In this document: piece by piece, positions 51,717 to 61,727 of the stretch
Layout: every line of letters begins with the position of its first letter
Position numbering within the stretch: the first letter of the stretch is position 1
Source: Mobula hypostoma
Lineage: Eukaryota
Assembly: GCF_963921235.1 (NCBI RefSeq)
Contig: NC_086098.1
Coordinates: forward strand, 5,084,001-5,148,000
Length of the DNA stretch: 64,000 bases
Direction of reading: 5' to 3'
Translations under genes and position numbers: made by a program
The notes under the pieces: generated by a model
What the model was told of the DNA's origin: nothing
Databases searched by the model: none
Seen by the model: the letters and a program-made list of their open reading frames with translations, nothing else

Positions 51717-54700
51717 ACAGGGCAATCAGTGGCGTCAATAGAGCTCTACGAAAAGGTGCTTAGAAACATAGAAACATAGAAAATAGGTGTAGGAGTAGGC
51801 CATTCGGCCCTTCGAGCCTACACCGCCATTTATTATGATCATGGCTGATCATCCAATGATCAGCCAATGAACTGGCCTCAACTGTTTCCTGTGTCAGAGA
51901 ATTGCACAGATTCACCACTCTCTGTGTGAAGAAGTTTTTCCTAATCTCGGTCCTAAAAGGCTTCCCCTCTATCCTCAAACTGTGGCCCCTCGTTCTGGAC
52001 TTCCCCAACATCAGGAACAATCTTCCTGCATCTAGCCTGTCCAATCCCTTTAGGATCTTATACGTTTCAATCAGATCCCCCCTCAATCTTCTAAATTCCA
52101 ACGAGTACAAGCCCAATTCATCCAGTCTTTCTTCATATGAAAGTCCTGCCATCCCAGGAATCAATCTGGTGAACCATCTTTGTACTCCCTCTATGGCAAA
52201 GATGTCTTTCCTCAGATTAGGGGACCAAAACTGCACACAATACTCCAGGTGTGGTCTCACCAAGGCCTTGTACAACTGCAGTAGTACCTCCCTGCTCCTG
52301 TACTCGAATCCTCTCGCTATAACTGCCAGCATACCATTCGCCTTTTTCACCGCCTGCTGTACCTGCATGCCCACTTTCAATGACTGGTCTATAATGACAC
52401 CCAGGTCTCGTTGCACCTCCCCTTTTCCTAATCGGCCACCATTCAGATAATAATCTGTTTTCCTATTTTTGCCACCAAAGTGGATAACTTCACATTTATC
52501 CACATTAAATTGCATCTGCCATGAATTTACCCACTCACCCAACCTATCCACGTCACCCTGCATCCTCTTAGCATCCTCCTCACTGCTAACACTGCCACCC
52601 AGCTTCGTGTCATCCGCAAACTTGGAGTTGCTGCATTTAATTCCCTCATCCAAGTCATTAATATATATTGTAAACAACTGGGGTCCCAGCACTGAGCCTT
52701 GCGGTACCCCACTAGTCACCGCCTGCCATTCTGAAAAAGTCCCGTTTATTCCCACTCTTTGCTTCCTGTCTGCTAACCAATTCTCCACCCACACCAATAC
52801 CTTACCCCCAATACCGTGTGCTTTAAGTTTGCACACTAATCTCCTGTGTGGGATCTTGTCAAAAGCCTTTTGAAAATCCAAATATACCACATCCACTGGT
52901 TCTCCCCTATCCACTCTACTAGTTACATCCTCAAAAAATTCTATGAGATTCGTCAGACATGATTTTCCTTTCACAAATCCATGCTGACTTTGTCCGATCA
53001 TTTCACCGCTTTCCAAATGTGCTGTTATCACATCCTTGATAACTGACTCCAGCAGTTTCCCCACCACCGACGTTAGGCTAACCGGTCTATAATTCCCCGG
53101 TTTCTCTCTCCCTCCTTTTTTAAAAAGTGGGGTTACATTAGCCACCCTCCAATCCTCAGGAACTAGTCCAGAATCTAACTAGTTTTGAAAAATTATCACT
53201 AATGCATCCACTATTTCTTGGGCCACCTCCTTAAGCACTCTAGGATGCAGACCATCTGGCCCTGGGGATTTATCTGCCTTTAATCCCTTCAATTTACCCA
53301 ACACCACTTCCCTACTAACATGTATTTCGCTCAGTTCCTCCATCTCACTGGACCCTCTGTCCCCTACTATTTCTGGAAGATTATTTATGTCCTCCTTAGT
53401 GAAGACAGAACCGAAGTAATTATTCAATAGGTCTGCCACATCTTTGCTCCCCATAATCAATTCACCTGTTTCTGTCTGCAGGGGACCTACATTTTTCTTT
53501 ACCAGTCTTTTCCTTTTTACATATCTATAAAAGCTTTTACAGTCCGTTTTTATGTTCCCTGCCAGTTTTCTCTCATAATCTTTTTTCCCCTTCCTAATTA
53601 ACCCCTTTGTCCTCCTCTGCTGAACTTTGAATTTCTCCCAGTCCTCAGGTGAGCCACTTTCTCTGGCTAATTTGTATGCTTCTTCTTTGGAATTGATACT
53701 ATCCCTAATTTCTCTTGTCAGCCACGGGTGCACTACCTTCCTTGATTTATTCTTTTGCCAAACTGGGATGAACAATTGTTGTAGTTCATCCATGCGATCT
53801 TTAAATGCTTGCCATTGCATATCCACCGTCAACCCTTTAAGTGTCATTTGCCAGTCTATCTTAGCTAATTCACGTTTCATACCTTCAAAGTTACCCTTCT
53901 TTAAGTTCAGAACCTTCGTTTCTGAATTAACTATGTCACTCTCCATCTTAATGAAGAATTCCACCATATTATGGTCACTCTTACCCAAGGGGCCTCTCAC
54001 GACAAGATCGCTAATTAACCCTTCCTCATTGCTCAAAACCCAGTCCAGAATAGCCTGCTCTCTAGTTGGTTCCTCGACATGTTGGTTCAAAAAACCATCC
54101 CGCATACATTCCAAGAAATCCTCTTCCACAGCACCTTTACCAATTTGGTTCACCCAATCTACATGTAGATTGAAGTCACCCATTATAACTGCTGTTCCTT
54201 TATTGCACACATTTCTAATTTCCTGTTTAATACCATCTCCGACCTCACTACTACTGTTAGGTGGCCTGTACACAACTCCCACCAGCGTCTTCTGCCCCTT
54301 AGTGTTACGCAGCTCTACCCATATCGATTCCTCATCTTCCCGGCTTATGTCCTTCCTTTCTATTGCGTTAATCTCTCCTTTAACCAGCAACGCCACCCCA
54401 CCTCCCCTTCCTTCATGTCTATCCCTCCTGAATATTGAATATCCCTGAATGTTGAGCTCCCATCCCTGGTCACCCTGGAGCCATGTCTCTGTGATCCCAA
54501 CTATATCATAATCATTAATAACAATCTGCACTTTCAATTCATCCACCTTATTACGAATGCTCCTTGCATTGACACACAAAGCCTTCAGACGCTCTTTTAC
54601 AACTTTCTTAGCCCTGATACAATTATGTTGAAAAGTGGCACTTTTTAATCCTTGCCCTGGATTTGTCGGCCTGCCACTTTTACTTTTCTCCTTAGTACTT

Positions 54701-57700
54701 TTTGCTTCTACCCTCACTTTACACCCCTCTGTCTCTCTGCACTGGTTCCCATCCCTCTGTTGTGAACTAACCTCCTCACGCCTAGCCTCTTTAATTTGAT
54801 TCTCGCAGGTCGGTGGGGATTATTTAAAAAGAGTACTTCACGGGCGTTTGTCCGTTATACAGGGCCTATCAGCAGCTCTGTGAATAAAATAAAAGTACAA
54901 GAAGGGATAAGTGGAGTGGCCATTTTCGGAAGTAGGCCAGTGGCAAGAGTAGAAGCGACAGGCTTCGGCTTGGAAGAGACGTGGGCATCTGTTAAGGTTT
55001 CCTTTTTGTCTTTTTTTCCTCTCTTACTGTGTTGTGTTCTTTGTGTTGGAAGTTGGAGAACTGGGAGCCCCAGAGTCTCCCGGGGAACTACATCTGCATG
55101 AAATGCATCCGGCTGCAGCTCCTTGAAGACCGTGTTAGGGATCAGGAGCAGCAGCTGGATGACCTTCGGCTTGTACGGGAGAGCGAGGATATAATTGATC
55201 AAAGCTGCAGGGAAGTAGTCACCCCGAAGTTGCAGGTGGCGAGTAGCTGGGTGACCGTCAGGAGAAATGGAAATAGGCCGTTAGAGCAGAGCACCCCTGT
55301 GGCCATTCCCCTCAAAAATAAGTATATCGCTTTGGGTACTTATGTGGGGCACGACCTCCCAGGGCAATGCCATGGCAACCGGGTTCCAGGCACTGAGCGT
55401 AGGTCCATGGTGCAGAATGGAACGAGAGAGAAGAAGGGAGCAGTAGTGATAGGCAACTCAGTAGTGGGGGGAAAAGACAGGAGATTCTGTTGACGTGAAC
55501 AGGACACTTGGATGGTACATTCTCTCCCAGGTGCCAGGGTCAAGGACATTTCAGATCACGTCCACAACATTTTGGAGGGGGAGGGAGAGCAGCCAGATGT
55601 CTTGGTACATATTGGTACCAATGACATAGGAAGGAAAAGCAAAGAGGTCCTGAAAAGAGAATTTAGAGAGCTAGATGAAAGCTGAGAAGCAGGACCTCCT
55701 GGGTAAAAATTTCTGGATTGCTGCCTGTGCCATGTGCCAGTGAGGGTAGAAACAGGATGATATAGCAGATAAATTTGTGGCTGAGAAGCTGGTGCAGGGG
55801 AGAGGGCTTCAGGCTCTTGGATCATTGGGATCTCTTCTAGGGAAGGTATGGCCTGTTCAAAAGTGATAGGTTGCACCTGAATCCAATGGAGACCAATATT
55901 CTTGTGGGCAGGTTTGTTAGAGCTGTTGGGAACCAGAGTGAAGGGACTCAGGATAGGACAGATGATAAAAAAGTAAAGATAGCGTACAGTCAGACAGGCA
56001 GGCAGGTGATGGGACAGTTGTAGCCTACAGGCTGAGTATTAAAACAGAATCAGAAAGGAGAGCAAATACGGTACTCAAGGTGTATCTAAATCACATAGTA
56101 TAAGATAAAAGGTGGATGACTATTGCAGATTGCCAGGTATGATGTTGTAGCCATCCCTGAATTGTGGCTGAAGGATGGTTGTAGTTGGGAGCTGAATGTC
56201 CAAAGTTACACATTATATCAAAGGGATAGGAAAGAAGGGAGAGGTGGTGGTGTGGCTCTACTGGTAAAGAATGGCATCAAATCAGTAGAAAGATGTGACA
56301 TAGGATCAGAAGACGTTGAATCCTTGTGGGATTAGAAATGATCTTTCAAAAATCAATGGATTCTGGCATAGTGCCAGAAGACTGGAAAATTGCAAATGAT
56401 ACTCCACTTTTTAAGAAAGGAGAAAGGCAGCAGAAAGGAAATTATAGACCAGTTAGCCTGACCTCAGTGGTTGGGAAGATGTTAGAGTCAGTTGTTAAGG
56501 ATGAGGTGATGGAGCACTTGGTGACACAGGACAAGATAGTACAAAGTCAGCATGGTTTCTTTCAGGAAAAATCCTGCCTGATGAACCTGTTGGAATTCTT
56601 TGAGGAGATTACATATAGGATAGATAAAGGGGATGAAATGGCTGTTGTATATTTGGACTTTCAGAAGGCTTTTGACAAGGTGCCACACATGGGGCTGCTT
56701 ACCAGGTTTAGAGCCCATGGTATTACAGGCAAGTTACTAACATGGTTAGAGCATTGGCTGATTGGTAAGAGGCAGTGTGTGGGAATAAAAAGATCCTGTC
56801 TGGTTGGCTGCTAGTGACTTGTGGTGTTCCGCAGGGGTCAGTGTTGGACCACTTCTTTTTATGCTGTGTATAAATGATTTAGATGATGGAATAGATGGCT
56901 TTGTTGCGAAGTTTGCAGATGATACGAAGATTGGTGGAGGGGCAAGTAGTGTCGAGGAAACAGGTAGGATACAGAAAAACTGGGACAGATGAGGAGAATG
57001 GGCAAGAAAGTGGCAAATGAAATACAGTGTTGGAAAATGCATGGTCATGCACTTTGATAGTAGCAATAAATGTGTGGTCTATTTTCTAGATGGGGAGAAA
57101 ATCCAAAAATCTGAGATGCTAAGGGACTTAGGAGTCCTTGTGCAGAACACCCTGAAGATTAACTTGCAGGCTGAGTCAGTGATGAGGAAGGCAAATGCCA
57201 TGTTAGCCTTCATTTCAAGAGGTCTAGAATACAAGAGCAAGGATGTGATGCTGAGGCTTTATAAGACACTAGTGAGTCCTCACCTTGAGTATTGTGAACA
57301 GTTTTGTGCTCCTCATTTAAGAAAAGATGTGCTGGCATTCGAAAGGGTCCAGAGGAGGTTCACAAGGATGATTCCAGGAATGAAAGGGTTATCATACGAG
57401 GAACGTTTGATGGCTCTGGGCCTGTACTCGCTGGAATTCAGATAGCTGAGGGGGGATCTCATTGAAACCTTTCGAATGTTGAAAGTCCTAGACAGAATAG
57501 ATGTGGAAAGGATGTTTCCCATGGCGGGAGAGTCTAGGACAAGAGGACACAGCCTCAGGATAGAGGGGCGCCCTTTCAAAACAGAAATGTGGAGGAATTT
57601 CTTGAGCCAAAGGGTGGTGAATTTGTGGAATTTGTTGCCACATGCAGCTGTGGAGGCCAGGTTGTTGGGTGTATTTAAGGCAGAGATTAATAGGTTCTTG

Positions 57701-57845
57701 ATTAGACATGGCATCAAAGGTTACGGGGAGAAGGCTGGGAACTGAGGTTGAGGAGGAGATAGGAAAAAGGATCAGCCATGATTGAATGGCGGAACAGAGT
57801 TGAATGGTCAAATGGCCTAATTCTGCTCCTACGTCTTATGGTCTT
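51717..57845 (+). mobile_element. CR1 (subfamily G) with both ends present, internal deletions, and a CR1-A in its 5' UTR
   Basis: Perfect TSD ATGATTGT (51709-51716 and 57846-57853). ORF1 remnant 55029-55930. EN jumps to RT near 56330. Confidence 0.9.
51761..54802 (-). mobile_element. CR1-A, truncated at the start of ORF2; one nonsense mutation (53179-53181) and a 3' deletion
   Basis: ORFs 53179-54717 and 51760-53145 are in the same frame; TCG changed to TAG relative to the sister copies. Confidence 0.95.
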
Positions 57846-58183
57846 ATGATTGTTGGTACTAGCTGGAGTGGTTTGAGTGTCTCAGAAACTGCTGACCTCC
57901 TGTTTACAGAGAATGGTGTGAAAAACAAAAAGTAAGAGACAGTTCTGTTGGCAAAAATGAGAGAGGTCAGAGGAGAATGGCCAGACTGGTTCAAGCTGAC
58001 AGGAAGGCAACAGTAACTCAAATAACCAGGCATTACAACAGTGGTGTGCAGAAGAGCATCTCTGAACACACAAAACATTGAACCTTGAAGTGGATAGGCA
58101 ACAGCAGCAAAATGCCATGAACGTATACTCAGTGGTGATTTCAATAGGGACAGGAGGTTTGTAATAAAGTGACCACTGTGTGC

Positions 58184-58317
58184 AACATACATAGAGGTTC
58201 AGGAATAAATCAGAAGTGTAGTTTGCTCTGAAACATACGTAGAGGGTCAGGAATAAATCAGGTGTAGTTTGCTCTGAAACATTGCAGAGGTTCAGGAAGA
58301 AATCAGAAGTGCATTTA
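58184..58317. repeat. About 47-bp tandem repeat, about 3 copies
   Basis: Unit AGAGGTTCAGGAATAAATCAGAAGTGTAGTTTGCTCTGAAACAT. Confidence 0.85.
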
Positions 58318-58964
58318 GCCTTGCTGAACAAAATATGTTACTCACAGATCCCAATCTGATTACCAAGTAGAGTAAGGAAAAGATTCAAAAATGTCCTCAA
58401 AGTTTCCTCAAAAAAACTCTGACAAGACTCCTGGCAACTCTTAGTCCAATCCCTCCTCAAATGGAGAAGAGGCATTTGGCTGGGCTTGATAAACATGACT
58501 CCATGTATCAGGAGTTTATAGAAGTCTTGCTTAAAAAGTAAACATGACAGGTACAAATTTCCACTTGTTCTCACTATTTATGACCTCCTTCTCCTGTGGT
58601 CAAACCTTTGAGTTGCCCATTGACCTCATCAAATTCAGATTCACTTATTTATCACAAGTACATCAAAACATACAGTGAAATGCATTGTTTGTGTTAACAA
58701 CCAACACACTCAAGGATATACTGGGGCTGAGTGCAAGTATCTCTACACATTCTGGTCTCTACATAGCATACCCACCATGATGCTGGATATCCAGAGGAAT
58801 TAACAGTATTTAGATCTACTTCCTCAATTCTTTGGTTTATGTGATCTTACCGCTTTTTATGATCCAGGTAAAAGTTGATTGAGGGAACCTGAAGATCCAA
58901 CTTCAATGATTAAAGAACAGTTTCTTCCCCTTTCCCATCATGTTTCTGAATGGTCAATGAACAC

Positions 58965-59199
58965 TGTGTATTTAATATTTCAGTTATCTTTGAGTAATCT
59001 TATAAATATATTGATGGTTAAGCATTCTTTGCTGTTTATATAATTCATGATGGATTGTATGTAAAAGTACGTGAATTACATAAGTCATGACGCAGCCACA
59101 TGGTACGTGCACACCTCCTTAAGGTAAAACACAAAGTTAAACACACACTTTGGACTCCCATGTTTTCCTTTGAATTCGTTTAATGTTTTGAACATAACA
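58965..59199. mobile_element. Possible short solo LTR
   Basis: TG...ATAACA ends interrupting a Rex1-like 3' end; the TSD is poor. Confidence 0.4.
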
Positions 59200-59217
59200 T
59201 ATACTACTTTGTTGAGG

Positions 59218-59545
59218 TCAGCACAGTAGCACTGCAATTAGTGTAATGCTTTAAGGTGCCAAATGGAAGATCAGGTTTCGATTCCCATCAATGTCTGCAA
59301 GGAGTATACACGTTCTCCTCATGACCACATCGGTCTTCTCCAGGTGCTCCTGTTTCCTCCCACAGTCCAAAGACATACAGGTTAGGGTTAGTGAGTTGTC
59401 AGCATCCTCTGTTGGTGTCAGAAGCATGGTGACACTTGCGGGCTGCTCCCAGCACAATCCTTAGACAGTGTTGGTTGTTGCAGCAGACGAAGCATTTCAC
59501 TCTATGTTTCGATGTTTTGGGTGACATGTGGCAAGTAAAGCTAAT
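59218..59545 (+). mobile_element. V-SINE-like element
   Basis: Degenerate B box GTTTCGATTCCC and V-domain CTCCAGGTGCTCCTGTTTCCTCCCACAGTCCAAAGAC. Confidence 0.75.
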
Positions 59546-59599
59546 TTTTCTTTTTCCTTCATTATTCCATTTTTTCCATTACTTCCCTGTCTCTGAGAC

Positions 59600-59970
59600 T
59601 CTATGTTGGTCGGGTTGACCATGGATGTTGCGTGCCAGCTGTCTACGTGATACAAAAACCAGGGCAGTACGGTATGGAGAGCAAGCTGTTGCCCGTATAG
59701 TAGGTTCCCCCTCTGCACGCTGCTGATGAATCCAAAGGAACAGCAAAGACTGATACAGTTTGGCACCAGTGGTGTTACATGAGTTACCTGTCAGTGTTGA
59801 ACTCAATGTAGGACTGTCTTAGGGACTCCAGCTCTGGATTATTCGTCGAGGTTTACCCCCAAAGTCTTCCCCATGAGTGGGTATAGCCACAAGGCAGTGG
59901 AGGATTGAGATCAGAGTTTTCCTTCTCCCCGATGAGCTGCCAACCACAGCTGGTAAGTCCTATTTGGCCA
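59600..59970 (-). mobile_element. RTE-derived short element
   Basis: TTCCTTCTCCCCGATGAGCTGCCAACCACAGCTG resembles the antisense of RTE 5' ends. Confidence 0.5.
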
Positions 59971-60255
59971 GTTTATTTATTTATTGATATTTACAGGTTC
60001 TTATGTCTTTCACTGTATTGTTGCTGCAAAACAACAAATATCATTTCATTTTCAGTGACAGTAAATCTGATTCTGATTCTAATGTCATAATTTCAAAATT
60101 AGATCAATTCAATATTCATCCCCATTGATCTGAAGAGCTAAAGCAAACATATAAGTGACACATTTGCAATAAAAGACCATAAACTGCAATTCTGAGACTG
60201 GAATGAATGATACCTCCTTGAAGGTAATGTCCGGGTCTTTAAAATAATTCATTAT

Positions 60256-61655
60256 CAGATAAAAGTTCAAGTCTTAAAAGGCAGAACTATAGCTAAAGAA
60301 GCCAAATCTAGTTTGAAAGATAGTCAATTGATATTGGCATAAGATAATCTACTTCACTCCCCACTCAAGCATCCTTATTTGTGCTGGTGTTCATTCATTC
60401 TCACAATTGATCAGGAATATGGTATCAACGCCGTCTTAACATCACTTGGGCTGATTTCTTTGAACCAGGACCACTTCATGAAATACACGCTTTCACAGTG
60501 TTCTTGACAAAATCTTTTTTGTCTGAGAGGTCATATTCTCGATAGACAGCAAATACCTTTTTGCAAATTTGTTTCACTGTGACTTCTTCCAAGTTTGCAT
60601 CAGCCAACAAGTTCATGACAGTTTTCTTTATTTCTTCATCTGTAGGTGGTTTCTTCAGTTTCTTAATCAATGGTTCATCATCAGAACCATCCTCTGATTC
60701 ACTTTCCTTCTTGGCAGGAGCTGCAGTTTTCTTTGCAGTGCTACTGTCCGCTTTTTTCACATTTGTTATTTTAGTATTTTGTCCCTTCTTGCCTTTGGAC
60801 GCTGCTTTTGTTGTGGCCTTCTCTTTTTTAGTTCCTTTCTTTGGTGGCTCCACTGTTTCTTCCACATCGCTTTCATGTGAAGATTTTTCCTGTTCTTTCT
60901 TTTCTTCCTCACTGCTGGATTCATCTGTAAGAATCTCTTCTAAAGCCTTTGATTTCTTCATGGACCCTGAACGTTCCTTCTTTCCACCCTTCTGACGCTT
61001 TTTCTTCCCAGATGCTTTGGGTCTCATCAAGAAGTTCAAAATTTTTGATACAAGATCATCTTTAGTGCCCTTTCTTTCCAGATCCAGGACAGTACAGATC
61101 ACCTTCAATACTGATATTGGATTCTTTTTCAGTATCTCTTCTTTTTTCTTGTGCTGGTCACTGCCACTTTCAAAGGAGAATCCAGTGAAGAGACGAATGT
61201 TTTTCTTCAATGTGGGAAGCAAACCTGTCCTATTGTATAAGATTTTGTGCTATAGTTCTGCCTTTTAAGACTTGAACTTTTATCTGTTAAATTTTCTAGT
61301 AGTATACTAGTTTTTTAAAACCTGTTTATGACCTGTAAATTTGATGAGTTGTGAATAAATTACCCAATAACTTGATTATGGTTAAGCATTTTTTCTTAGT
61401 AGCTCAAGTTCAGCTGAATAATTGGAAAAGTTGCATGTACTGCTAAAACAATTTAATTTTTATCTTTGATTTGTTCTGTATTTAAATGTTCTCAAAGCAA
61501 ATCTGCAGTTTTAATTTTGTAAGAGGGGAGGTTTTATTAGTGATGCAGAATATGTACATTCGTAATTCAGTTCTTTGTAGAACCTGTTTTGACTATTAAC
61601 ATGCCCCAGCTTGAAGATGAAATAAAAGTGCAAGGAGACAGTTCAGACTTTTTAA
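60256..61655. pseudogene. DEK: DEK processed pseudogene with an inverted 5' segment
   Basis: Minus segment 60256-61250 = partial CDS plus proximal 3' UTR. Plus segment 61249-61655 = inferred distal 3' UTR with AATAAA at 61621. Candidate TSD AATTC(A/T)TTAT. Confidence 0.88.
60476..61249 (-). pseudogene. DEK: Intronless, N-truncated DEK reading frame (SAP + DEK-C domains), no internal stops
   Basis: HKILYNRTG..LKKN..GFSFE..VLDLERKG..ILNFLM and SDDEPLIKKLKKPPTDEE..ANLEEVT.KQICKKV..KDF match vertebrate DEK. Confidence 0.95.
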
Positions 61656-61727
61656 AATTCTTTATAAATTGGCAGTATGACTGGCTTACAAAAAATCTTT
61701 CTGCAAACTCATTTGATCATTATACCT

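Larger units (their letters stand above)
51585..58182 (+). mobile_element. Tc1-like deletion derivative, split into 51585-51716 and 57854-58182
   Basis: MGKKCGLSDFDCGMIV|GTSWSGLSVSETADLL..RGQRRMARLVQADRKATVTQIT; TIR-like TAATAAAGTGACCACTGTGTG. Confidence 0.85.

Noticed and set aside
53627..54448. Recurring antisense ORFs in CR1-A (also 1265-1768 and 63405-63920)
   Set aside because: They recur only because the copies are near-identical; shadow frames with no recognisable domain.
60476..61222. Functional parental DEK gene
   Set aside because: It lacks introns and the N-terminus, has an in-frame stop at the junction, and shows retroposition hallmarks.
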